IMG/VR virus record: IMGVR_UViG_3300010347_000503
Coordinates: 1 to 64,000 of that record
DNA from: a virus
Lineage: Duplodnaviria > Caudoviricetes
Reading direction: 5' to 3' (one strand)
DNA length: 64,000 nt
The notes beneath the pieces were generated by a model that was given only the letters and a program-made list of their open reading frames with translations, was not told the origin of the DNA and did no database searches. The translations under genes and the position numbers were made by a program. This document shows, piece after piece, positions 36,863-46,179 of this stretch. How positions within the stretch are numbered: position 1 is the first letter of the stretch; every line of letters begins with the position of its first letter.

Positions 36863-36936
36863 GTGATGGTCATCCAAGTGGCTTAAGGTACGCGGCTGCA
36901 ACCCGCGGATCGTAGGTTCGAATCCTACCCATCACT
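36863..36936 (+). tRNA. tRNA-Cys(GCA)
   Basis: CGCGG-CTGCAAC-CCGCG. Confidence 0.85.
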
Positions 36937-36960
36937 TTTAACAAAAGAAAGGAGTATCAT

Positions 36961-37212
36961 ATGTATGCGGCGTTAATAAATAAAACGTATATGGCAAAAG
37001 GTCGTCAGATAATTCTATTTGACACAATAGAACAAGCACAAATGTTTGTTCAGGATTTCTTTCAATATGCAATAACTAAGGCTGCAAGCGGTGCTGGAAA
37101 CGTATTTGATGTAATGGCTGCTCAAGGTAATGTAGATATTGAAGAATTCAAACTTGGTAAATATGATACAGATGTACAAACAGTAAATTTTACTGATTTG
37201 GACAGAAAATAA
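36961..37212 (+). CDS. Hypothetical protein
   Basis: RBS AAGGAG. Confidence 0.7.
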   Translation: MYAALINKTYMAKGRQIILFDTIEQAQMFVQDFFQYAITKAASGAGNVFDVMAAQGNVDIEEFKLGKYDTDVQTVNFTDLDRK

Positions 37213-37267
37213 AAAAATAAGGTTATGAAAATAACCACAACTAAAAGTTGAAAAGGAGATAAAAGGA

Positions 37268-38828
37268 ATGAACACTTTTTTGAATGAAATGAAGAACGCT
37301 TCTAACTATGCAGTAACAGAGAACGGGGCTTTAGCACATAAAACCACACGTTCCGCAGTTTACGATATGTTTGCTCTTGGCGGTGCTTACCGCAAGAGAA
37401 GTGATGAAGACTGTATTCTCTTATTCAAGAACGCTCTTGAAGAGAATGAGACTCTGGCATTGAAGTGTCTGTTTTATTTACGTGATTGCCGCGGAGGTAA
37501 GCTCTTTGCCTAGCCTCCCTATATAGTGATATATAGTAAAAAATTCTGTGAACCCAAGCAAAAGGGGTGTCAGATTTAATCTGGCTAACGGTTCAGAAGA
37601 TAGAAATATCGTTATGAGTAAGGGAACCTAAGTCTTATAAAGATATGGTAATACCGTGCCAAGCTACATTTGGTCAATTTTATAAAAATATTTTCTTATT
37701 ATTTTAATATCTCTATGTAAGATTAGAACAGGGAGAAAAAATATGGGATATATTTATAAAATTGAAAACTTAATAAATCATAAAATTTATATTGGGCAAA
37801 CTACTAAAGAACGACCTACTGATAGATTTAGTCAGCATCGTTATTTAACTAGGCATCCAGAACAAGAAACTTCTATTAGTTATCTTCATAGAGCGATGAA
37901 TAAATATGGGGTAGAGAATTTTTCTTTTGAAATTATTGAAGAAATTGAAGATAATCTTCTTAATGAGAGAGAGCAATATTGGATAAAAGAAAAAGAATCT
38001 TTAATGCCAAATGGCTATAATATGACAATAGGTGGAGAAGGAACCATAGGATATTCAAGAATTCAATCTAAAGAAGAAAAAATGAAAAGAAGTAAATCAG
38101 TAAAAAAATTTTATGAGAATAATCCAGAAGCTATTAAAAAATTAAGAGAAAGAACTTTATCTTTATGGCAAGATGAAGAATACAGAAAACGAGTGACGGA
38201 AAGTAATAAAAAATTTTATTCTGAACATCCTGATAAATTTAAAGGAGAAAATAATCCAATGTATGGTAAACATCATACAGAAGAATCATTAGAAAAAATT
38301 CGTAACCATGCCGCAACTCGAAAAAATAAAATTGCCCAATTAGATAAAGACACTTTAGAAATTATTAACATTTATGATGGAATAAAAGATGCTGAAAAAG
38401 CGTTAGGTGTTGGTCATGGATGGATATCTAAAGCGGCAAGACAAGATAAAATTGCTTATGGATACAAATGGAAACTTATGTAGAAGGTGTAACGACTAAT
38501 ATGTAGAATAGAGATTAGCACTATTCGAAGCGCAGAACTCTTTCTTAATTTTGGTTAAGAGAGATGAAGAGATAGTCTGCGAAATTATGAAAATAATTTT
38601 ATCGCCGTGCAGGGTGAAAGACGCTTCTTCCGCGTTTGCTATAAGTGGTTAGCTACTAAACACGCAGATATTGCTCGTAAATACATTGAGTGCATCCCAT
38701 ATTATGGACGCTATGATGATATTTATTGCTTATTTAATACTCCTCTTGAACAAGATGCTTTAGCTTTTATTAAAAAAGAAATTGATAATGGCTTAGAAAT
38801 TTTAGGTGCGTTAGATGAGTTGGGATAA
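37268..38828 (+). CDS. rsr: Ro60/TROVE N-terminal part; exons 37268-37498 and 38610-38828
   Basis: TENGALAH..T, LFYLRDCRGG|QGERRFF and YGRYDD TROVE motifs; in frame after splicing. Confidence 0.85.
37499..38609 (+). mobile_element. Group I intron carrying a homing endonuclease
   Basis: P1 GGAGGT/GCCTCC with a U.G splice pair; core AATACCGTGCCAAGC, GTAACGACT and AAGAGATAGTCT; terminal G38609. Confidence 0.9.
37743..38483 (+). CDS. GIY-YIG homing endonuclease (NUMOD-type C-terminal modules)
   Basis: GYIYKIENLINHKIYIGQT; ENNPMYGKHHTEES. Confidence 0.9.
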   Translation: MGYIYKIENLINHKIYIGQTTKERPTDRFSQHRYLTRHPEQETSISYLHRAMNKYGVENFSFEIIEEIEDNLLNEREQYWIKEKESLMPNGYNMTIGGEGTIGYSRIQSKEEKMKRSKSVKKFYENNPEAIKKLRERTLSLWQDEEYRKRVTESNKKFYSEHPDKFKGENNPMYGKHHTEESLEKIRNHAATRKNKIAQLDKDTLEIINIYDGIKDAEKALGVGHGWISKAARQDKIAYGYKWKLM

Positions 38829-38847
38829 AAGTAAAAGGAGAATAAGT

Positions 38848-39903
38848 ATGGAAAATAATACAGGATTAATTTTTAAATGGTTAAAGTCAGAAAATGCTTC
38901 TTCTAAAGAAAAAGCAATAGCTGTAAAAATAAGAAAATATCTTGGAATGACACATAAAGAATATAGAAAAATGCTTTCTTACGGAAGAGAAAAGACAAAT
39001 GTTTTAGAAAAATTAATGTCTTCAAATGAGTGGAATAAAATAGACTTTTCTAAAATCCCTTCTAAGGCTGGTTTAATCTATAAGAATGCATTCGCAAGAC
39101 GAGATATTATTGCAAAGAAGTATGAAGATTTTGCAAAAGATAAGAATACTACAGTTAATGCTGCGACTTTATATCCTTATGAAGTTGTTGCTAAAGCAAT
39201 TGATACTTTTGGCTGGAGTTGTTGGGATAGAGGAACAGCAACTGAAACGGATAGAGCTATGATTGAAAAATATTGGAATAATCTTACAGATTATTTTAAT
39301 GGAAAACAGTCTAATATGCTTTGCGTAGTAGATACTTCAGGTTCTATGCACGGAACTCCTATTAATGTAGCTATTTCTCTTGGTATTTATTGTGCAGAGC
39401 GAGCTGGCGGTCCTTTTAAAGATCACTATATTAGTTTTAGTTCTCGTCCGCAGTTAATTAAGGTTGAAGGTGTTGATTTTGTAGATAAGGTTAAACGCAT
39501 CTATCTAACAAATTTGTGTGCGAATACTAATCTTACACGCACTTTCGATATGCTTCTTGAAATTGCAAACCGCCCTGGAGTAAAAGAGGAAGATATTCCA
39601 GAAACTATCTGTGTAATTAGTGATATGGAAATTGATTGCATGTCAAATTGGGGTTCTTCTAATACACAGACTGAAATGGAAAAAGTAAGAGAGAAATGGG
39701 CTAGATATGGACATAAACTTCCTAAGTTAGTATACTGGAATGTCGATGCTCGTAATAATATTATCTTGGATGGCGGTCCGGATGTTACATTCGTATCTGG
39801 TATGAGTCCAGTCATTTTCGAGAATGTCTTGACAGGTAAAACTGGTTGGGATTTATGTCTTGAGAAATTGCTTTCTAAGAGATATGAAGCTATCACTGCT
39901 TAA
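38848..39903 (+). CDS. rsr: Ro60/TROVE C-terminal part with vWA domain
   Basis: KWLKSENASS, VVDTSGSM MIDAS and ISDME; own RBS AAGGAG. Confidence 0.85.
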   Translation: MENNTGLIFKWLKSENASSKEKAIAVKIRKYLGMTHKEYRKMLSYGREKTNVLEKLMSSNEWNKIDFSKIPSKAGLIYKNAFARRDIIAKKYEDFAKDKNTTVNAATLYPYEVVAKAIDTFGWSCWDRGTATETDRAMIEKYWNNLTDYFNGKQSNMLCVVDTSGSMHGTPINVAISLGIYCAERAGGPFKDHYISFSSRPQLIKVEGVDFVDKVKRIYLTNLCANTNLTRTFDMLLEIANRPGVKEEDIPETICVISDMEIDCMSNWGSSNTQTEMEKVREKWARYGHKLPKLVYWNVDARNNIILDGGPDVTFVSGMSPVIFENVLTGKTGWDLCLEKLLSKRYEAITA

Positions 39904-39977
39904 TATAATATAATAAATAATAAATAAAAGGAAGGTTTGACCTTCCTTTTTAATTTTATACAAAGGAGGTACTATTG

Positions 39978-40835
39978 ATGATAATAAGTTCTTTAGCTAA
40001 AACTGTGATTATTTCCCCTAACAAAAGTATAAGACAACAAAATAAATATTATTGTAAAATAGATACAATAACAATTCATGTCATGGCGGGAAATCTTTCT
40101 GTAGAAACTTGCGGAAATGTATTTAAAGATCCAAAAAGACAAGCTTCTTCTAATTATGGCGTAGATAGTAAGGGCAATATTGCTTGTTATGTTCCAGAAG
40201 AATATAGATCTTGGGCAACAAGTAATAAACCAAATGATTATCGTGCTATTACAATAGAAGTAGCTAATGATAAAGGAAAACAAACTGGATATCATGTAAC
40301 TGATACAGCATTAAATTCTTTAGTAACTTTAATTGCCGATATCTGCAAAAGAAATGGCATTAAAAAATTAATTTGGTCTGATAATAAAAACAATAGAGTA
40401 AATCATTTAAATGGTTGTAATATGACTGTTCATAGAGATTATGCTGCGAAAGCTTGTCCTGGAGATTACTTAATGAGTAAGCATCCTTGGATTGCAGAAA
40501 GTGTTAATAATTTGCTTGCGGGAGCCCCTGTTCCAGTCCCCGCCCCATCAAATTATATATATGAAAATATTGATTACACTTCTGTTTTTGATCCAGTATT
40601 TTATTCTAATAAATATTCAGATTTAAAAGCGGCTTTTGGTAATAATACTACTTTACTATTTAATCATTTTATTAAAAATGGAATAAAAGAAGCAAGACAA
40701 GCTATTACAACTTTCGATCCAAAAATATATAGACAGAAATATCCAGATTTAAATGCTGCTTTTGGAAATAATTGGGAATATTATTACAAACATTATTGCA
40801 CAATAGGCAGAAATGAAGGTAGAACAGGAATTTAA
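39978..40835 (+). CDS. N-acetylmuramoyl-L-alanine amidase (Amidase_2 endolysin) with C-terminal binding repeats
   Basis: ITIHVMAG, ASSNYGVD, SWAT, ITIEVAN and HRDYAAKACPG. Confidence 0.85.
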   Translation: MIISSLAKTVIISPNKSIRQQNKYYCKIDTITIHVMAGNLSVETCGNVFKDPKRQASSNYGVDSKGNIACYVPEEYRSWATSNKPNDYRAITIEVANDKGKQTGYHVTDTALNSLVTLIADICKRNGIKKLIWSDNKNNRVNHLNGCNMTVHRDYAAKACPGDYLMSKHPWIAESVNNLLAGAPVPVPAPSNYIYENIDYTSVFDPVFYSNKYSDLKAAFGNNTTLLFNHFIKNGIKEARQAITTFDPKIYRQKYPDLNAAFGNNWEYYYKHYCTIGRNEGRTGI

Positions 40836-40837
40836 TA

Positions 40838-40872
40838 ATGCGGGAGATGGAACTCCATCTCCCGCATTTTTT
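40838..40872 (+). terminator. Intrinsic terminator
   Basis: ATGCGGGAGATGG-AACT-CCATCTCCCGCAT followed by a T-run. Confidence 0.8.
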
Positions 40873-40942
40873 ATTACTATTGATTTTTATTAAAATTTTT
40901 GATATAATATATATAAATAAAAAAGAAAGAAGATGTTTATTG

Positions 40943-41716
40943 ATGGGAAGAACATTTGTCAGTAGTGATTGGCATGGATGTGAAGTAGCTAAAAAAGTAT
41001 TTGATTTTCTTAAGCCAGATGATACTTTATATTTTCTTGGAGATGCAGCAGATCGAGGTCCAATTGGTGCTGAATTAATAGAAAATATATTGAATGATAA
41101 TAGAATAATTTATCTTAAAGGAAATCATGAAGAATTTTTTATTGAATGTATGTTAAATATTTATGATACTAATTATGTAGGTGGCATGAATGGTGTCTGG
41201 TATTATCGAAATGGTGGAGAATCTACAATTGATGCCTTTATAGATAAAAAGAAATACACAAGAGAGCAGATAATTAGTATTATTGAAAAAATTAAAAAAC
41301 TTCCTACAGTATGTAATTACAGAAATAAAAAAGGTAATAATATTATCCTTGAACATGCAGGATATACTCCTTGGGAGTTTAAAAAAATGCAACGTCACGA
41401 TCCGCTTTGGGATAGAACTCATTTTTTCGATGCTTATGATCAAAAGGGTGCTAACACTTATATTATTCATGGTCATACGCCAGTTCAATATCTTCAATTT
41501 TATTATGGTTATATAGATCAACCTAAAAGAACTATTGAAGATTTAGAAATAAAAAAAGCTTGGGAAAATGATGAACCAATGGGGAATTGGAAACCTACTA
41601 TTCTTCATTATTGTAATAGACATAAAATTGATATTGATATGTGTACTATTACTAGTAATAGAGTCGCATTATTAGATCTTGATACTTTTGAAGAAATTTA
41701 TTTTGATGCAGATTAA
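40943..41716 (+). CDS. Calcineurin-like metallophosphoesterase (Ser/Thr phosphatase-like)
   Basis: SDWHG, LGDAADRG, KGNHE and HGHTP. Confidence 0.9.
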   Translation: MGRTFVSSDWHGCEVAKKVFDFLKPDDTLYFLGDAADRGPIGAELIENILNDNRIIYLKGNHEEFFIECMLNIYDTNYVGGMNGVWYYRNGGESTIDAFIDKKKYTREQIISIIEKIKKLPTVCNYRNKKGNNIILEHAGYTPWEFKKMQRHDPLWDRTHFFDAYDQKGANTYIIHGHTPVQYLQFYYGYIDQPKRTIEDLEIKKAWENDEPMGNWKPTILHYCNRHKIDIDMCTITSNRVALLDLDTFEEIYFDAD

Positions 41717-41734
41717 ATGAAAGGAGAATAAAAT

Positions 41735-42157
41735 ATGGGACTTGACAATGGTATTATTATTCGTGGAAAAACTGAAAAAGGAACAAATTATCTTAAAAAT
41801 AATTTTAGTAATTGTTATGATAAATATATCGAAGGTTTTGAGTTTGGCTATTGGAGAAAATGCTGGAATATAAGAAGAAAATTTATTGATGACTTTGGCT
41901 ATGATACTGAAAGACAAGAAATAAAATTTGAATTAGATGATATTCCTCTTATTATAGAAACTCTTAAATATTTTCTTAATGAAGATAATTGGGAGTATGG
42001 TAAATGTTATTCTCAAGTTTTTAGTTGGATTGAAGAACTTCCTAGTATCGCAAATGCTATGCAAAATCTTTGGAGATTTTATGATAATTTAGATATTGAT
42101 CCAAACAATGAATTAACAGATGAAGATTTTGAAATTTATTTTTATGATAGTTATTAA
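41735..42157 (+). CDS. Hypothetical protein (MGLD..., YWRK)
   Basis: RBS AAGGAG. Confidence 0.75.
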   Translation: MGLDNGIIIRGKTEKGTNYLKNNFSNCYDKYIEGFEFGYWRKCWNIRRKFIDDFGYDTERQEIKFELDDIPLIIETLKYFLNEDNWEYGKCYSQVFSWIEELPSIANAMQNLWRFYDNLDIDPNNELTDEDFEIYFYDSY

Positions 42158-42192
42158 ATAAAAGTGATTTTATAATAAAAGGAGAATGATTT

Positions 42193-43452
42193 ATGATAAA
42201 TAGAAATACTCAGATGCGCGAACTCGCATACGTCGTTACGGTTGACGCAGTAGAGCCTATTTCTGGTCGTGACCGTGTAGAATGTGCTAGAGTAGGTGGT
42301 TGGACTTGTATGGTTCCAAAGGGTGCATTTAAAGCTGGTGATCCGGGTATCTATTTTGAGATTGACTCTCAGGTTCCTGTAGATAAAGATCCGTTTAAGT
42401 TCTGTGAGAAATATAAGGGACGCATTAAGACTCAGAAATTCAAGACCCCGGATGGTCAGTTCTGGTCTCAAGGTCTCTTAATGGCTGCCGCAGATTTTGG
42501 TTGGACTACTGATTTTGCTCAGTTTGCTGGAGATTTTGGTTTTATTGTAGATGATAAGGGCGTGCAGCATATTCCTGGAGAAGAGTCTGCATTTTTAACT
42601 ACTCAGCTTGGCGTAACTTATTATGAGATAGAGGACCAGAAGCGGAAGGCTGCATCTACTGTTGATAAGTATAAGAAAATGGCTGGACGTCATCCACAGC
42701 TTTTCAAGAACAATGCTATTGTAAAATGGCTTTATAAGCGGAATTGGGGTAAAAAGCTGCTGTTTGTTTTCTTTGGAAAGAAAAAGGACAAGACTGCGTG
42801 GCCGCAGTGGGTAGTTAAAACGGACGAGGAACGCGTTCAAAATATTCCTTTTATACTCCAGAGTGATATTCCTTGGTACGCAACTGAGAAGATCGATGGA
42901 ACCAGCACAACTTTCACTATGAAAGGAAGAGGACGCAAAAGAGAGTTTTATATCTGTTCTCGTAATGTATGTTTTGATACTCCTGAGAAGATGGAAAAGG
43001 GTGCTTGGTACGATACCAATGTATATCAAGAGATGGCGATTAAATACAATGTAGAGCAGGTACTTGCAGATATTATGGATTTATTCAAGGATCTTGAGTT
43101 CGTAACTCTTCAGGGTGAGACCTTCGGGGCTGGTATTCAGAAGAGAGATTACGGAATGAAGGATCATGATTTCCGCGCTTTCAATCTGATCTTCGGTTAT
43201 AAGAATGGAGAAAAAGAGCGTTTTAATCCGCGGAGAATGACTGACTTCCTTAAACAATTCGGTATTCCTTCTGTGCCGATTGTAGATGAACATTTCATTC
43301 TTCCGGATACTGTTGAAGAGCTGCTTAATATTGCAACTGACAAATCTGAAATTGATGGCGGAATGCGGGAAGGTTTAGTATTCCGTTCTGCAGATGGCAC
43401 TCAGAGTTTTAAAGCAGTATCTAATGAATTTTTATTGAAATATCATCAGTAA
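42193..43452 (+). CDS. ATP-dependent RNA ligase (Rnl2/DRB0094-like)
   Basis: N-terminal OB-like module; TEKIDGTS (motif I), QGETFG, FNL, REGLVF and FKAVSNEFLLK. Confidence 0.85.
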   Translation: MINRNTQMRELAYVVTVDAVEPISGRDRVECARVGGWTCMVPKGAFKAGDPGIYFEIDSQVPVDKDPFKFCEKYKGRIKTQKFKTPDGQFWSQGLLMAAADFGWTTDFAQFAGDFGFIVDDKGVQHIPGEESAFLTTQLGVTYYEIEDQKRKAASTVDKYKKMAGRHPQLFKNNAIVKWLYKRNWGKKLLFVFFGKKKDKTAWPQWVVKTDEERVQNIPFILQSDIPWYATEKIDGTSTTFTMKGRGRKREFYICSRNVCFDTPEKMEKGAWYDTNVYQEMAIKYNVEQVLADIMDLFKDLEFVTLQGETFGAGIQKRDYGMKDHDFRAFNLIFGYKNGEKERFNPRRMTDFLKQFGIPSVPIVDEHFILPDTVEELLNIATDKSEIDGGMREGLVFRSADGTQSFKAVSNEFLLKYHQ

Positions 43453-43582
43453 TAAAAATGGCGGGAACCGGGTCTAGACCCGCTCCCGCATTTCTTCTTT
43501 TAATACTCTTTTTTTATTTTTTATAAAATTTATGATATAATATATATATATAATAAAAAATAAAGAAAGAGGTGTTTATCAT

Positions 43583-43891
43583 TTGACAAAAAATAAAATG
43601 ATTCAAAGTGAGTTCTATTGTACTAAATGCGGTAAAAAAGGACTTCCAGTTTGGCGCAGGAAAGGTGACGCAAGAGAAGATGGACATTTAAAAGCATTAT
43701 ATTGTCTATTTTGTAATGATTATACAAACCATGTTGAATGTAAACCTAATACTCCATATTCTTTTGAAGATTTTAAATTAGAATATGAATATAATAATTT
43801 CACAAAAGATGGTTTAAGAATTTATACTTTAAAACAATTAAAAAATTTAGTTAGAGAAGAGAAAATTGAAAAAGTGAGGGAATTAAAATGA
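43583..43891 (+). CDS. Zinc-binding hypothetical protein
   Basis: CTKCG...GHLKALYCLFC. Confidence 0.7.
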   Translation: MTKNKMIQSEFYCTKCGKKGLPVWRRKGDAREDGHLKALYCLFCNDYTNHVECKPNTPYSFEDFKLEYEYNNFTKDGLRIYTLKQLKNLVREEKIEKVRELK

Positions 43892-44409
43892 AAAAATTAT
43901 TTATTATGGTAGGCTGCCCAGGATGCGGGAAATCTACTTATTTAAAAAATAATGAAAAATTCTTCCATAAATCTCATATTATAATTTCAAGAGATGAAAT
44001 AAGATTTTCTCTTTTAAAAGAAGGAGATTCTTATTTTTCAAAAGAAGATATAGTATATAAAGAATTTATTAAACAAATTAAAGCTGGATTAAAAATTTAT
44101 GAAGAAGTATATGTCGATGCAACTCATTTAAATGTGAGTTCCCGCAAAAAATTATTTTATGCTTTAGGTGATGCTATTAAAAATGTAGAACTTTATGCTA
44201 TTGTCATAAAAGTACCTCTTGAACAAGCACTTGTGCAAAATCAAAAAAGATTTGGAACAAAAACATATGTGCCAGAAGAAGCTCTGCGGAATATGTATAA
44301 AAATTTTATGCTTCCTACTTTAAATGAAGGATTTAAAGAAATTTGGTTATATATTTCAGAAGGTATTGATAAACCTTGTCATTTTCAAAATATTAGAAAA
44401 AGATTTTAA
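43888..44409 (+). CDS. P-loop kinase (AAA_33, polynucleotide-kinase-like)
   Basis: GCPGCGKST, SRDEIR, DAT and RKKL. Confidence 0.8.
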   Translation: MKKLFIMVGCPGCGKSTYLKNNEKFFHKSHIIISRDEIRFSLLKEGDSYFSKEDIVYKEFIKQIKAGLKIYEEVYVDATHLNVSSRKKLFYALGDAIKNVELYAIVIKVPLEQALVQNQKRFGTKTYVPEEALRNMYKNFMLPTLNEGFKEIWLYISEGIDKPCHFQNIRKRF

Positions 44410-44426
44410 AAAGGGATAGAGATAAT

Positions 44427-44609
44427 ATGAAAACAAAATTAGATAAAGAAAGAAAATATGCTTTTTGGTTAAGATTTGATCAGAAAAATTTTACAGGAAT
44501 TTATAAATGTCCTGATTGTGGAAAAGAATATACTTTTAAAGAAGCAACTGGAAAAGAAAAAAATCAAATTGGACATAATTGTCCTCATTGTGGAGTAAAA
44601 TTGAATTGA
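44427..44609 (+). CDS. Zinc-ribbon protein
   Basis: CPDCG...CPHCG. Confidence 0.7.
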   Translation: MKTKLDKERKYAFWLRFDQKNFTGIYKCPDCGKEYTFKEATGKEKNQIGHNCPHCGVKLN

Positions 44610-44746
44610 ATTAAGGAGAAAAATTACAACTGACTAACATTTTTTATAAATGCTGGTCAGTTGTAAGCAACAGTAAATGCAAGAATACGCAATGGATAGG
44701 ATAGCATAAAAGCTATTACTACTCCTTTAAGGAGGTGATTTAAAAA

Positions 44747-45309
44747 ATGAGTGCTATATACCTTACATCGGATTGGCACTTTGGTTAACAGGCCATGACC
44801 GAGACTTTATCTATCAACCTCGCGGATTTAGTTCCATGGACGAGATGAATGAAGAAATAATTACTAGATATAATGAAATTGTTAAGCCAGAAGATGATGT
44901 ATATGTACTTGGTGATTTAATGCTTGGTAATAATGAAATTGGTCTCAAATGTATTAAAAATCTTAAAGGTAATATTCATGTCATCCGCGGAAATCATGAT
45001 ACTAATACTAGAATGGATCTTTATAATAATTGCTATAATATAGTAGAAATTTGTGAAGGTAAGTTTTTAAACTATAAAGATTATCATTTTTATCTTAGTC
45101 ATTATCCTTGTTTGGCAAGTTATTATGATGAGCATAGTCCAGTTAAGCTTAAGCGAAAAATGACTAGTCTATGTGGTCATAAGCATACTCAAAATGCTTT
45201 TGAAGATTTTGATAAGGGATTGATTTATCATTGTGAAGTAGATGCACATGATTGTTATCCCGTTTCTATTGAAGAAATTATTAAAGATATAAAGGAGATT
45301 ATTATATGA
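44747..45309 (+). CDS. Metallophosphoesterase interrupted after codon 13 by GGT-TAA-CA-GGC
   Basis: RBS AAGGAGG, then MSAIYLTSDWHFG*; HDRDF...LGD...GNHD...SHYP...CGHKH continues in another frame. Confidence 0.75.
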
Positions 45310-45578
45310 ATAAACTATCATCAAAAGATACAAAATTTTCTGAGGCTGTTGCATTTCTTATTACTGCGATAATTATAAGTATCATTTCACCATTCCTTGT
45401 TTTTTGGATAAGCTATATTATAGGATATTTTGTAAAATGGACAATTGGAAATATTTTAATACAAGGACTTATGTTATTTAATATTAATATACCCATTGAA
45501 AAGATTCCATTGGTTTGCGGTGTACTAGGTTTTATTTCAAGTTATTTTAATACTACTATTCAAAATAAATCTAACTAA
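45306..45578 (+). CDS. Membrane protein
   Basis: Multiple hydrophobic segments; RBS AAGGAG. Confidence 0.7.
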   Translation: MNKLSSKDTKFSEAVAFLITAIIISIISPFLVFWISYIIGYFVKWTIGNILIQGLMLFNINIPIEKIPLVCGVLGFISSYFNTTIQNKSN

Positions 45579-45684
45579 ATAAATAAAAGGCTTAATTAAA
45601 AATATTAAGCCTTTTTATTTTGACTTTTTAAAAAATTTATGTTATAATTAAGATAATAATATAAATATAAGAAAGGAATATTTT

Positions 45685-46113
45685 ATGAAATTTATTTCTG
45701 CTGACTATAATAAAGAAAATGGTCACTCAACAGTTATAGTGCAACATTTAGGGAAAAAATTTGTCGGTGAAGGAAGATTTAATCCAGAAGATAAATCTGG
45801 AGCATCTGAATTTGCTGGTTGCACTTATGCAGAAACAAGAGCAACTATCAAAGCTCTTAAATATGAACTTAATATTGCTAAAAATAAAATGCGGGAAGCA
45901 CAAGATTTCGTAAAATCTTGTGAATGTTATAAAGATTTTGATCCAAATTCTTCTAGCGCAAAAGTTTTTTATAGACAATTAAATCGAAGAATTAAAAGAG
46001 TAGAAGATTTAAAGAATGAAATTAAAACAATGCAGCTCTCTTTAAAAGCTTCTATTGAAGCTAGATATAATAAAATTATGAAGATTTTAGAGAAAAAAGA
46101 CAAAAAAGGTTAA
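45685..46113 (+). CDS. Hypothetical protein
   Basis: Promoter and RBS. Confidence 0.75.
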   Translation: MKFISADYNKENGHSTVIVQHLGKKFVGEGRFNPEDKSGASEFAGCTYAETRATIKALKYELNIAKNKMREAQDFVKSCECYKDFDPNSSSAKVFYRQLNRRIKRVEDLKNEIKTMQLSLKASIEARYNKIMKILEKKDKKG

Positions 46114-46179
46114 TTTATTTAGTCCATTTTTTTATATCTTTATAGAAATTAACCTTTAAAACGAAAGGTGGACTTATAA

